Source of the DNA: Zootoca vivipara
Lineage: Eukaryota
Direction of reading: 5' to 3'
Length of the DNA: 64,000 nt
Assembly (NCBI RefSeq): GCF_963506605.1
Contig: NC_083277.1
Span: forward strand, 93,434,001 to 93,498,000
Program-made: the position numbers and the translations under genes
The notes under the pieces: model-generated
Database searches by the model: none
Told to the model about the DNA's origin: nothing
The model's input: only the letters and a program-made list of their open reading frames with translations
Shown here: one piece after another, positions 1 to 11,633 of the stretch
Numbering within the stretch: position 1 is the stretch's first letter
Layout of the letters: each line of letters starts with the position of its first letter

Positions 1-107
1 TGCAGCTTGGCATTCATGAGGACACTTTCTATCGGGAAACATAAAAGCTCAGTTGCTAGACCTCTTGGTGTATCCATCTGTGGGTCACATTTGGGTATTC
101 CCCACAG

Positions 108-223
108 GTACCAGACCTTCAAAATACCTCAGTTTCCATCGCACCTGGGAGAAGAGTCTCTTTCTGAAGCAGCGGCGAAACGAGTTAAAGGATGTCATGG
201 AAAAGCTGGATTTTTACAACCCG
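108..223 (+). CDS. MYCBPAP: MYCBP-associated protein, internal coding exon (gene starts upstream of the window)
   Basis: cccacag acceptor, ccg|gtatgt donor; encodes (G)TRPSKYLSFHRTWEKSLFLKQRRNELKDVMEKLDFYNP, resembling vertebrate MYCBPAP; phase joins the next exon. Confidence 0.88.
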
Positions 224-241
224 GTATGTATGGCGACAATA

Positions 242-592
242 GGGACGCGGGTGGCGCTGTGGGTTAAACCACAGAGCCTAGGGCTTGCCGATCAGAAGGT
301 CTGCGGGTCGAATCCCTGCGACGGGGTGAGCTCCCGTTGCTCGGTCCCAGCTCCTGCCAACCTAGCAGTTCAAAAGCACTTCAAAGTGCAAGTAGATAAA
401 TAGGTACCGCTCCAAGCGGGAAGGTAAATGGCGTTTCCGTGCGCTGCTCTGGTTCACCAGAAGCGGCTTTGTCATGCTGGCCACATGACCTGGAAGCTGT
501 ACGCCGGCTCCCTCGGCCAATAACGCGAAATGAGCGCTGCAACCTCAGAGTCGGTCACGACTGGACCTAATGGTCAGGGGTCCCTTTACCTT
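242..592 (+). mobile_element. Sauria SINE, full length, with 13-bp TSD
   Basis: gggacgcgggtggcgctgtgggttaaacc tRNA-related head, acctttacctt tail; TSD tatggcgacaata at 229-241 and 593-605. Confidence 0.9.
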
Positions 593-784
593 TATGGCGA
601 CAATAATTTCAATGTGCAAGGCTGTTCATACGAGGCCAGAGTATAACTTCTCGGTAGCTTTCCCCTTGTCTATAATGTAAATGGTGTTTGGATATTCTGA
701 TTTTCCTTTTAAACAATAGAAACAAAGCCAACCACAAATCACAGCACATTTTCTCCCCCCACCCCCTCTCTCTCTCGAGTTAAG

Positions 785-903
785 GACCTGGATGGCCTGG
801 AAGTTGTAAGCAGAAATCACCCATACACCAGTGTAACAGCAGAGAGTCTATCATCCTTAGCAGAAGAAGAAGAAACTAGAGAATTTCCTGAAGAAAAGCA
901 CTG
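785..903 (+). CDS. MYCBPAP: MYCBPAP coding exon
   Basis: ttaag acceptor, tg|gttagt donor; DLDGLEVVSRNHPYTSVTAESL... (DGLEVV motif); phase 0 to 2. Confidence 0.85.
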
Positions 904-1074
904 GTTAGTAACGTTTGGCTGAGGGCGGGTGGATGTGAGGCCTGGAACAAAGCCTGACTTTGTGAGGACAGCATGGTTTCTCCAAACCCGTATTTCCCAT
1001 AAAACATTCATTCTGGGGCAGCAGGTATTTGCAGGGCGGGGGAATTAGTGAGTGCAAGTGACCGCTTAACGGTC

Positions 1075-1210
1075 CAGGCATGTCAAACCTGCGGCCCTCC
1101 AGATGTTTTGGCCTACAACTCCCATGATCCCTAGCTAGCAGGACCAGTGGTTGGGGAAGATGGGAATTGTAGTCCAAAACATCTGGAGGGCCGCAGGTTT
1201 GACATGCCTG
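1075..1210. mobile_element. Short palindromic hAT-type MITE (about 136 bp)
   Basis: caggcatgtcaaacctgcggccctccagatg...catctggagggccgcaggtttgacatgcctg terminal inverted repeats; same family at 29432, 60305 and 62412. Confidence 0.8.
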
Positions 1211-1691
1211 GCTCCCCCACCCTCCAATTCTTCTATGCAACACCCTCCCCATTTTATTTTACTTTACCCATTCAGGCTCTGAAACCCAAAGTGAGTTGGG
1301 GCTTGGCTCTCTTATTCTTCTTTTGATGACATGCCTTGTATATCTCCATATTTGATTTAAAGTGTGTACCCCTCCAGCAGTGGCCTGCATGCAGCAATTC
1401 TTCATTTAAGAAAACTCTTAAGTTAATGAGTTAAGTTAGTCACTTTGGTTATTAAGAGAAGAAATTACCAATCGAAGACAAAAAAGCCCCGTTTAGAGAA
1501 GCTTTTAATGTTTGGACTACTGTATTTTAATACTTTGTTGGAAGCTGCCCAGAGTGGCTGGGGAAACCATTTATAAATGATAAATTATTTATTTATTTGT
1601 TAAAAATTGACTAAATCTTGCTGAGCTACATAATTGATACCTTGAATGATTCTCATTCTCATCATTTTAATTTTTTTGCTGTATTTATTAG

Positions 1692-1797
1692 GGACCCATT
1701 AGCAAAGTACCCAGATGTGGTTTCAGCACCAGTGTTGGGCCCGTCTCTGAAGTTCTGTGAACAACCAGCTCGCTGGATCAGCACCACTTGTGAAGAG
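1692..1797 (+). CDS. MYCBPAP: MYCBPAP coding exon
   Basis: attag acceptor, gag|gtgggg donor; DPLAKYPDVVSAPVLGPSLKFCEQPARWI; phase 2 to 0. Confidence 0.88.
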
Positions 1798-3013
1798 GTG
1801 GGGGGGGGGGCTTGTTGTGGTTGGCATCCGTCTGTCTCGGGAGTGAACCTTTGGGGCCGAAGTCAAACCGTTGGAAGGTTACGGCACCTGCTGGGGCTGC
1901 AACTTCTGCCTCCTGCATTGTAAAGTGACCTCTCCAGGGCGCAAGCCCTGGGCAGTGTGGGTGGAGATGCTGGGCTGCCCAGATGGCAAGACCCCATCCC
2001 TCAGCCTCGCTGATACGGTCCAAAGCAAAGAAAAGCAATACATTTGACACCAGCTTATCTGCAGGAGCTGCCAGAGGAGGCATAAAAGATGCCACCCAGC
2101 TGCCTTAAGGACTCCACTCCGAATTTGTGTCCGGCTTACTCCTTAGCCTTTTCTTCTCCCAAAGATGTCCCGCAAAGCAGTGAGCACCAAAGCCTTTCTC
2201 ACGAATGAGCACAGCCTCAAGTCAGTGGAGGTTTAGGGGTCAGAGTTTTCCTTCTCCTAGATGGGCTACCTTTCCAGGTTGATGAGCCCCATCTGCCGCT
2301 CAGTTCCCTCTACAGCGCATGCAGAAACTGCCTTCTTGACCGTTGGACCCGCTGTTGGTCTCATTCGCTCAATCCACCTGTCTTTGCACGCAGGAGATAC
2401 AAGAAGTCCCTAACTCACCAAGGGTTTAAGACCCATTGGCTACCCTCACCTGATTTAACTGACCAGTTTAAGCTGTTTTCTGGGGTGTGGTCGCTTGTTG
2501 CATGCCGACAGCTTCTAGGAGCCACAGGTACGAGGGCAGGAAAGAGGTAGGCTAGGTTTTTAAAATCGTCCCCAAATCCATGCTGCCCTCCAGATATTAG
2601 TGGGCTCCAACTCCCATCAATCATAGCCCGCATAGCTAAGGGTGAGGGATGATGGGAGTTGTAGTGCACAATGTTTAAAGGGCACCTTGTTAGCTGCTTC
2701 CGCTCTAGCCTTCTGCCTTGTTTTCATTCAGTTTGTAATCATGTAGGGGTACCTAATGATGCAACAAAAGCTGCCTTCCAAGGCAGATCGTTGCCATGTG
2801 CTTTGAAGAATGTTCAAAATGTTCATGCGTGTCACATTTTCTGGGTCTTTGTTTGCCAAAAGAGAGGTAACAGAATCAGGAAGCAGGACTGGCTTTGGCC
2901 CTCAGCTGGTAAGGTTGTTTTTTTGGGGGGTGGAGGGTGGGCAGTGTGGTCATCTCAGGCAAAACCTGACCATTTCTGGCATCCTTGTGTTTTGTTTCCT
3001 TTCGGCCCAGTAG

Positions 3014-3203
3014 GGTGAAGTTGGCATCGCTGCCCGGGTCACCTTTGAAATTCTAGTAGGTGAGAAAGCTGAATCTCTGCTCACTGTGAGCAACGACGGC
3101 ACGGCTGCCATCTGGTATGATTGGCGAAGGCTACCTCAACCCTTTAGCTTTCAAGAGAAAAAAAGGAAAGACATGCAGAATTTTTACTTCAACACCAGAT
3201 CAG
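3014..3203 (+). CDS. MYCBPAP: MYCBPAP coding exon
   Basis: cagtag acceptor, cag|gtgggt donor; GEVGIAARVTFEILVGEKAESLLTVSNDGTAAIWYDWRR...QNFYFNTRS; phase 0 to 1. Confidence 0.9.
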
Positions 3204-3337
3204 GTGGGTGATTCCTCTTCCCATCCCCAAGTTCGATGTTTGCAGCATCGATAAAAATGCCAAATGCAGGCAGGCAGGCAGGCAGGCAGGACAACCTCCT
3301 TAGGAGGTTGAATTGAGCATAACGGTTCTGATCTCAA

Positions 3338-3882
3338 GTTATCTCCCGCTTGGACTACTGCAATGCGCTCTACGTGGGGCTACCTTTGAAGGTGACCCAG
3401 AAACTGCAATTAATCCAGAATGCGGCAGCTAGACTGGTGACTGGGAGTGGCCGCCGAGGCCACATAACACCGGCCTTGAAAGATCTACATTGGCTCCCAG
3501 TACGTCTCCGAGCACAATTCAAAGTGTTGGTGCTGACCTTTAAAGCCCTAAACGGCCTTGGTCCTGTATACCTGAAGGAGCGTCTCCACCCCCATCGTTT
3601 AGCCCGGACACTGAGATCCAGCGCTGAGGGCCTTCTGGCGGTTCCCTCACTGTGAGAAGCAAAGCTACAAGGAACCAGGCAGAGGGCCTTTTGGCCACAG
3701 TGGCACCCGCCCTGTGGAACGCCCTCCCATCGGAGGTCAAGGAGATAAATAACTACCTGACATTTAGAAAACACCTAAAGGCAGCCCTGTTTACGGAAGT
3801 TTTTAATCTGTGATATTTAATGTATTTTGCTATTTGTTGGAAGCCGCCCAGAGTGGTGGGGGAAACCCAGCCAGATGGGCGG

Positions 3883-3928
<46 letters not shown>
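3338..3928 (+). mobile_element. L2-clade LINE 3' fragment with (TAA)n tail
   Basis: Translates as DYCNALYVGLP...QLIQNAAARLVTG...HITPALKDLHWLPV (L2 ORF2 C-terminus); ends in an (AAT)n microsatellite. Confidence 0.85.
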
Positions 3929-4889
3929 TAAGTTCGATCATCTTTGTGTCCTGGTGGTAGCTAGCAGGTAAATGTGGATGCTTAAAGAGGAGGAGAGGCA
4001 GAGGGTGGAATTCAATGTTGTGATCTTATAGTCATTCCATCTATGCAAGCATGACTCCCCTACTCCCCCTCTCCCCTGTGCACTATTCTAGGGTTTCTCC
4101 CAACCCACCCAGAGCTAATTTTGGGGGGTGCAAGAAGGGCAGGGGGAAAGCCCCATTGTGCAAATGGAAGTCCTTGCAAGGGGCTTCTGACCGTGCTTGT
4201 TTGGTGACTCCCGCCCTCCACCCTTTCTATTTGCATGTGGCACTTCTGTGGCCAGGCATTGAGGCAAAGGGGATCCTCCTGGGTGCCAAATGAAGAAAAG
4301 CTGTTGGAAGTTGTAGAGTCACATGGGTGGGCTTCAACCATATGGTTAGGATACTGACCGTTTGTGCCTAGAGCCTAGTGTCAAACGTTTGAGTGTCGGT
4401 TTGGATCTGTTTTGTCCAAGGCCAGGTCATTATGCACTGACTGAAGAGATTCTGCCTAATAACTCCCGGTTCAAGGAGCGTGATATATATGAGACAAAAT
4501 TAACAGGGAGGCTGGCACCAGAGGGTGAAGATTATATGGAGTATCCTGGCAAGAGGCCACCTAATAATAAACCGAAATCCTTCTGTTCTGTTCCTCCTTC
4601 CTACACAACGACAAAGGCATGCTTAGCGGTGCTTCTACATGAAATAGGGGGCTGTGGCCATCCTACAAGTGCTTGTATAATTTACACTGCGGCAAACACA
4701 TGTTGTTGTTTTTGCAAGCCTGTGTTACATCCTTACAAAAGCCTTGAGGACTCTTGCTTGTTGATAGATGGGGATATGAATGTGAAAATACGTGAATGAA
4801 AACCAAAGCAATGTGTGAAGTGGATGTCAGAGGAGTTGCCTTGCCAGTGGAAACTGCAATGCATCCCCATCCCCTTCTGTTCCTGTTAG

Positions 4890-5077
4890 GTGTTATCCTC
4901 CCTAGAGAAACCAGGAAGTTTTCTTTCATCTTCAAGGCGATAAGCGCAGGCATCTTCACGGAGTCCTGGGAGTTTGGCACTCGCCCTGTGTTGTTAGGAG
5001 GTGCTATGTTGCAAGTGACCCTGTGGGGAATTGCTGTGTATGAAGATATATCAGCTGACCTCAGGAACGAGATAGAG
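4890..5077 (+). CDS. MYCBPAP: MYCBPAP coding exon
   Basis: gttag acceptor, gag|gtaatc donor; GVILPRETRKFSFIFKAISAGIFTESWEFGTRPVLLGGAMLQVTLWG...; phase 1 to 0. Confidence 0.92.
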
Positions 5078-5475
5078 GTAATCAAACCGGGGCTAACAAA
5101 CATGGCGGGTTATCGGGTGCTCTAAGGTTAGGTGTCTTTTGTGAGATGAGTAGGCTTGAGCACACATTCTGTTATCCCACGGGGAAAGATACCTTCCTCG
5201 TCATGGTCACGCGGATGAAAGAATGCCATAAGGGGTTTCTCTAGAGCAGGGTGGCTTAGCCTGTGACCCTCCAGATGTTGCTGGAAACTACAACTCCCAT
5301 CATTCCTGACCATAGGCCATATTGGCTGGTCCTGAGGGAAGTTGAGTCCATCACCACCAAGTCCATCACTATCACTGAAAGATTCAGGACTATGCCTCTC
5401 TTACGTAGTGTACAGTTTGCATTCAAGCCTGCAGTTCTCACGTGTTTCCCTGGATCTTTTGACATGAATACCCGA

Positions 5476-5820
5476 CATACCTGCCAAGTTGCTGTCGGAG
5501 AAATAAGGGACCAGGCCAGAATTAGCAGACCGGAAGTAGCGCTGCCGCCATTTTGGAACTGGGCGGAGCATGCTCAGAAGTGACTTTTGATGCTGCTTTG
5601 CCCAGTTCCAAAATGGCCACCGCGCCACAAGTCGCACTGCAGCCATTTTGGAACTGGGCAGAACAGCATCAAAAGTCACTTCTGAACATGCTCTGCCCAG
5701 TTCCAAAATGGCTGCCGCACCAGAATAAACCGGGAAAAAACAAAAAAATCCGGTTTTTCAGCTAGGAACAGCTGGGAAAACGGGGATTTCCCGGGGAATA
5801 CAGGAGACTTGGCAGCTATG
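5476..5820. mobile_element. hAT-type MITE with nested internal palindromes
   Basis: TIRs catacctgccaagt / acttggcagctatg; 8-bp TSD atacccga at 5468-5475 and 5821-5828. Confidence 0.85.
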
Positions 5821-6779
5821 ATACCCGATTGCGCTCCAGATTCTGGCACCCCCAGAGTTAACAAAAAGCACACTTTATTGTATCGGGGGGCGGGGGGGGG
5901 GGGAGAGTGAAGGGTTGGGCTTGCCTGATGGGCTTGCCAGAGAGGAAGGGGTCTTTAGCTCTTGTCTCTTCAGTATCCAAAAGCTTCCTGGTTTGCTGAG
6001 GCGAAAAAGCAACAACTTTTGCCCAACCTGGGCCTAAAATCTGAAAAACAAGAACAAAGACTTCCAATCCTGTCAGGAAAGGTTTGCCCTCAATCTCTTG
6101 AGAAATGGTTTCTAAAAATACATCTTCGTCCTGCCCTCCAGTTTAGTGGGGGAGAAATAGATCGAGCTATCTTTGGGGGTTTTCTGGGGGGGGGACCTCA
6201 GACCACTGAAACTTCTTGATTACTTAATGTGTGGAGGTAGCAGCAGCAAGGAAGGAGTGACATTTTGGGTGATCTTATCTTGGCTTGACATTTACAAGTG
6301 ATAAGAGAAGGTGGCAAAGATCTGCAGTGAGGGAGACAATGATCCAAGGGCTCAGCATGCACAGTTGCAACTCAGCTTGCTGGTGTTCCCTGGCTGACTA
6401 TAATGGACCGTTCCTTTCTTGCCTCTCCAGGCCAAAGCAGAACTTCCAGCCAGGACCAGGGAGACCAGAGTTTAAAACTCCACTCATTCATGAAGCCCAT
6501 TAGGTGACCTTGGGCCACTCACATTTTTAGAGTGACTTTGTGAGGCTGGCTGGGCAGAGATGCTCGGATACTGTAGAAGGGAGGGAGAGAAACCATGTGC
6601 CCATAGCCCTTGTTCATCTGGGCAGTGGCAGAGGGCAGAATTTCCTTCCTCTTTGCTTCTGCCGCCCTGAGGCGACAGTGCATGTTTATGTATTTCTCTC
6701 TCCGTGTGCTTCAGCGGATGAAAGCAGCAAGAGGAATGTGCACACCCAAACTTTCATGTGCTTTTCTTGGAAATCGCAG

Positions 6780-6926
6780 GAAGAGCTAGAAGCCCGGGAA
6801 GTTTCTGTCATAGTGGAAGAGAATCTGAAGGACCTGCTTGATCGAATCCGTGTACCAGAGCGACCACGGTCTCCTCACGATGCATATGTCACAGAGGAAG
6901 AGCTGTTCCACAGAATGAACCCAGAG
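6780..6926 (+). CDS. MYCBPAP: MYCBPAP coding exon
   Basis: cgcag acceptor, gag|gtatct donor; EELEAREVSVIVEENLKDLLDRIRVPERPRSPHDAYVTEEELFHRMNPE. Confidence 0.9.
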
Positions 6927-7164
6927 GTATCTTTCTGCTTTGGAGTAAGAGTTGGTTTTTTATGGGTCAGGATGTAAGGAATCAGCTTTAGGGTTGATGC
7001 ACTGCACTCCTGAACTGCCTCTATTCAGAAGTGCGTGCCACAGAGTTACATGCTACTTACTCCTGCCTAAGTGCATACAGGACGGTTGGCTTAGTCACCG
7101 AGGACGGGGCTCAATGTCATGCATTTTCTTCATTACTCTAGAGGTAAATGGAACAGGAAAGGAA

Positions 7165-7380
7165 TACAGTGGTACCTCGGGTTACAAACGCTTCAGGTTA
7201 CAAACTCCGCTAACCCAGAAATAGTATGCTTCAGAATGAGAACAGAAATCGTGCTCCGGTGGTGGCGCAGCGGCAGCAGGAGGCCCCATTAGCTAAAGTG
7301 GTGCTTCAGGTTAAGAACAGTTTCAGGTTAAGAACGGACCTCCGGAATGAATTAAATTCTTAACCAGAGGTACCACTGTA
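7165..7380. mobile_element. Tc1/mariner-type MITE
   Basis: TA-cagtggtacctc...gaggtaccactg-TA; related copies at about 22390-22640 and 23392-23607. Confidence 0.85.
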
Positions 7381-7554
7381 ACTCTTTGGCAAGATGGGGA
7401 CATACTTCTAACAACATTCCTCATTGAGGAACATTTGTATTTCTGTTGCCTAACGGCTAGAAGGAAGAGCTTTGAACTTTGAAGGGATTGTGGATTTTAG
7501 TGACACAGTCCCCCTTCCCCCCAAGAGGGGCTGTAGCCGCTGTTCCAGGAACTT

Positions 7555-7697
7555 ATACTCTCAGTCTGTAAAGCATGAGACTCTTAAATCTCGGGGTTGT
7601 GCGTTCAAGCCCCACGTTGGGCAAAAGATTCCTGCATCGCAAGTGGGTTGATGACCCTCGTGGTCCCTTCCAGCTCTACAATTCTGTGATTCTATGC
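7555..7697 (+). mobile_element. tRNA(Lys)-derived SINE with CR1-like tail, degraded
   Basis: tcagtctgtaaagcatgagactcttaaatctcggggttgtgcgttcaagccccacgttgggc resembles tRNA-Lys; followed by a gatgaccctcgtggtcccttccagctctacaattctgtgattctatg CR1-type 3' end. Confidence 0.65.
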
Positions 7698-8173
7698 TCC
7701 TCCTGTCAGGTGATTTCAGGGAAGAAGCTAGGCCAAGATGTTGTTTTAACAAAGGAACAGCTTTATTGTAAGAGAACAGCATGATTCACTGCCACAGCCG
7801 GACACAGCGACACCTATAGTTGAAGTAGCAATCGTTAACTCTACATCACAACTCCCATGGCAGACCCGGGAGCCATTTTTATTTATTTATTTATAGCTGG
7901 CATATCAAGTTATATCCTAAAAGGGGATTTCTACATCATGGAATCCATCGGAATCCGTTCAAGTATGTTGATATCATAGCGCATTTAATCCTTCCTTGCT
8001 GCCCTTATTTTCTGAATACCAGTTGTTGGGCCTTGCAAGTAGGGAGAGTGCTCTTATTTGGGGGTCCTGCTTGCTGGAGTTCCCACGAGCGTCTGGTTGG
8101 CTACGGTTGAGAACAGAGCGATGAACCAGAGGGGCTTTTCTTATGTTCTTCTCTTCTCTTCTACCGCTTTCAG

Positions 8174-8482
8174 TTGTACTACCAGCACCAAGTGGTAAAG
8201 GAGCTGTATGAGCTGTGGAATAAACTCATGAATCCTCCCCCGTACGAGGAGGAGATGAGGAAAAGCCAAGGAGAATCCTCTCCACCCAAGAGCGGTAGGG
8301 AGTCTCGGCAGAAGAGTCCCGATGAATTGCCCCGTAAGAGTGTGTCCCCAGACGAGTCGGTGAGGAAGTCCATGGCGGAGGAGCTGGCTGGTGAGCTGAG
8401 TAGGTCTGATGTGGAAGACGTCAACCGAATGGAGGACATCAGCAGAGTGGAGTGGAATCTGTCCATCTTTGATTTTAAACAG
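8174..8482 (+). CDS. MYCBPAP: MYCBPAP coding exon
   Basis: tttcag acceptor, cag|gtgctt donor; LYYQHQVVKELYELW...RKSMAEELAGE...VEWNLSIFDFKQ. Confidence 0.9.
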
Positions 8483-8927
8483 GTGCTTGATTCGGGTGTT
8501 CCTTACTTCTCCTGGCTCTGCCCTATTCCTAGAAAGCCTCGTCCTCTTTATCAACATATCCAAACTTTTGGTTTATTGAAGGCAGCTAGATTGAAAGAAG
8601 AATCGGGAGTCGTGTCTAGGACTGAGACACTGGAACGTGGTGTGCACAAACGTGCCGTCTTAAGACGCTTGCACAAGTAACCTCAGAAGAGCAGGGCACT
8701 GTTAGTTCTATTTCCCAGTGACTGTCTTTCTTTTCCAATTACAGGTAGGTAGCCGCAGCTTCCAGAGATCCAGCCCACCCCCAATGCTGTTATCTTCATT
8801 AGAAACTCAAATGAAAATATGGCTTTTCATAGGTTTAGTCCCATGTCGTTTTTTAAAGGTGGATGCCAAAGGGGAGAATCCCTGTAACCAGTAAATGCAG
8901 ATCTTGTGGCTCAGGCATTCAGTACAA

Positions 8928-9312
8928 GGATGCGGGTGGCGCTGTGGACTAAACCACTGAGCCTCTTGGGCTTGCTGATCAGAAGGTCGGCGGTTCAAAT
9001 CCCTGTGACAGGGTGAGCACCCATTGCTCTGTCCCAGCTCCTGCCAACCTAGCAGTTTGAAAGCATGGCAGTGCAAGTAAATAAATAGATACCTCTGTGG
9101 TGGGAAGGTAAACAGCCTTTCTGTGCGCTCTGATTTCCAGCACGTTGTTCCGTTGCGCCAGAAGTTTATTAGTCATGCTGGCCACATGACCCGGAAAGCT
9201 GTCTGTGGACAAACGCCGGCTCCCTCGGCCTGAAAGTGAGATGAGCGCTGCAACCCCACAGTCGCCTTTAACTGGACTTAACCATCCAGGGGTCCTTTAC
9301 CTTTTACCTTTA
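8928..9312 (+). mobile_element. Sauria SINE
   Basis: Colinear with 242-592; cctttaccttttaccttta tail. Confidence 0.85.
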
Positions 9313-9512
9313 TTTCCCATGGACAGGGGCGTGTTGGAGGTGTGGAAGCGTTACAAGGCTGAGGCCAGCTATTAACTTTCACAGAGGATGCTAGAGGTGG
9401 GGCAGCTCTTTTGCCCAATTTTTTCATTCTACCAGGCATGGTGATCTTGGTCTGGCCATGGATAGCCAGGAACTAAACCGAGAAATGTTGGCTGTGATTT
9501 CTCTCTCGTTAG

Positions 9513-9634
9513 GCTTTGCTGGCAATCCCTGAGGAAGAGGAACGAGAAGTTGCCCTGGCCCAGCTCAATAAAGCAGCCTTGGAGCTTTGTTATCCACCAG
9601 TGATGCCTCAGACAGACCTCCTTTACCAAATATG
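9513..9634 (+). CDS. MYCBPAP: MYCBPAP coding exon
   Basis: gttag acceptor, tg|gtatgt donor; ALLAIPEEEEREVALAQLNKAALELCYPPVMPQTDLLYQI. Confidence 0.9.
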
Positions 9635-9867
9635 GTATGTTGCGGATGCTTGTAAAGCAGGGATGGGGTTACCTGTGGCCCTTGAGATGTTGCTGAAATC
9701 CAACTCCCATCAACCCCAACTAGCATGGCCAGTGGCAAGGGAGGATGGGAGCTGGAGTTCAGCAACATCTAGAAGGTCAAAGGCTCCCCACAACTGCTGT
9801 AAAGGATTGATTTTGTCCACCAGACACCTTACGCTAGCTAACTGGTAACATTGTCAGCCAAATTAGA

Positions 9868-10290
9868 GATGATCAGGGGTCTGGAAACCAAGCCATATGA
9901 GGAACGGTTGAAGGAGCTGGGTATGTTTAGCCTGGAAAAGAGGAGACTGAGAGGAGTTACGATAGCCATCTTCAAATATCTCAAGGACTGTCACACGGAA
10001 CAGGGAACAAGCTTGGTTTCTCCTGCTCGGATATGAACAGGACATGAACCAATGGCTTCAAGTTACAAGAAAGGAGATTCCAACTAAACATTAGAAAAAC
10101 TTTCTGACAGTAAGAGCTGTTCTACAATGGAACGTTCTCCGTCGGGAGGTTGTGGACTCTCCTTCCTTGGACGTTTTTTAAGCAGAGGTGGTATGGCCAC
10201 CTGCCATGTATGCTTTAGCTGAGATTCCTGCATTGCAGGGGGTTGGACTAGATGACCCATGGGAACCCCCCAATACTACGATTCTGTTAT
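9868..10290 (+). mobile_element. CR1 LINE 3' fragment
   Basis: [29 protein letters not shown] (CR1 ORF2 C-terminus) and a CR1 3' UTR-like ggttggactagatgacc...attctg. Confidence 0.85.
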
Positions 10291-10822
10291 CCCCTCCAGA
10301 AGCAAACCCAAATGCTATGTAGAGTAGGGAAGAAGCTGGGGCTCCCAACAGGTGGGTTGATCCATGTTAAGAGGAGGAAAGGTATTTTGGGGTGCTGGGT
10401 GGCTCACATTTGTCTTCATTCCTAAGCCAATTCTAGATGTAGTTGGGTTTGTTTGTTTATTCCACAGTCCCTTCTTCTAAGGAGTTCAGGGAAGCATGTG
10501 TTGTTCTTCTCCTGTCTCCATTTCCTGCCCCTTGCAGCAACCTTCTTGACTGGCCTGACAGATGGCGACTGGCCCCAGGTCATTGACTTGAGCTAGGTAG
10601 TTAGCTCAAGTTAGACTTGAGCTGATTTGTTGGAGTGTGACAGCAACACTTGGAGCTTCCCTATCCTGCCTTGTCGCGTTAACATGGGGCAGCTCCTGCT
10701 AGTTTCAGGCTGCCTTTGGTTCTGAAGGTGGAGAAAAAACATTGAAAAACAGGTAGCAACGTTCTGTTGCTTTCTCAGGCCCCCTCCTCCTCCGACTTAA
10801 ATTAGTTCCTTTTTCATTGCAG

Positions 10823-10938
10823 TTTCCAGCTGTTGCGTGAAGTGATCGATGGTCTGGTGGGCCGTTCACTGGTGCTCAGGTCGCTGCTTGGTATGCCTGA
10901 GAAGGATACTTACGTAGAAACTGTTCCAGAGGAAGTAG
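10823..10938 (+). CDS. MYCBPAP: MYCBPAP coding exon
   Basis: ttgcag acceptor, tag|gtgagc donor; FQLLREVIDGLVGRSLVLRSLLGMPEKDTYVETVPEEV. Confidence 0.9.
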
Positions 10939-11050
10939 GTGAGCTATTGTGTCAATGGAGGAGATCTTTCTGTGGAGCTCGGCAGAATCTGGAGAGGCCA
11001 GGAGTGCAGCCTGCCAATCCAGCTATGTAGTTAATGACCTCGTCATGCTA

Positions 11051-11278
11051 GGATGCAAGTGGCACTGTGGTCTAAACCACTGAGCCTCATGGGCTTGCCG
11101 ATCAGAAGGTTGGCGGTTCGAATCCCTGCAAAACCGCTGCTCTGTCCCAGCTCCTGCCAACCTAGCAGTTCAAAAGCATGGCAGTGCAAGTAGATAAACA
11201 GGTACTGCTGCAGCAGGGAGATAAATGGTGTTTCCATACATTCTGGCTTTAACCATCCAGGGGTCCTTTACCTTTTAC
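11051..11278 (+). mobile_element. Sauria SINE, internally deleted
   Basis: Head and tail match the other copies; flanked by catgcta(gg) direct repeats at 11044 and 11279. Confidence 0.8.
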
Positions 11279-11457
11279 CATGCTAGGTAGTCATACCAGT
11301 GTTGTTGTTGTTATCATTAATTTCATTTCCATGACGCTTTATGTTTTAAAGAAACATCGCAGAGCGGTTTACAACCTACATCAAATGAAACAAGGATAAA
11401 ACATTGCTGAAGAAAGTAAAATATAAAGTATATATATATATATGAAAAATTTCCACA

Positions 11458-11633
11458 TACAGTCATACCTCGGTTTAGGTACGTCTCGGTTTGAGTATTT
11501 TCAGTTTAAGTACTCCGCAGACCTGTCTGGAAAGGATTAATCCACTTTCCATTACTTTCAATGGGAAAGTTCGCTTCAGGTTAAGTACAGACTTCCGGAA
11601 CCAATTGTGTTTGTAAACCGAGGTACCACTGTA
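11458..11633. mobile_element. Tc1/mariner-type MITE
   Basis: TA-cagtcatacctcggttt...aaaccgaggtaccactg-TA; reverse complement of the family at 42726-43070. Confidence 0.8.

Noticed and set aside
1810-2540. Probable interspersed-repeat sequence after the 1797 donor
   Set aside because: Looks repeat-derived (possibly RTE-related), but I could not define ends, TSD or family from the sequence alone
3350-3655. ORF DYCNALYVGLP... and similar ORFs at 9851 and 51757
   Set aside because: Fragments of L2/CR1 ORF2, not host genes
7555-7625. tRNA-Lys-like sequence (also tRNA-like heads at 242 and 36187)
   Set aside because: Degenerate stems fused to SINE bodies or tails; not functional tRNA genes
8483-8680. 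Open frame continuing past the MYCBPAP 8482 donor (similar read-through after other exons)
   Set aside because: Similarity to MYCBPAP stops at the donor and resumes in the next exon; chance intronic read-through
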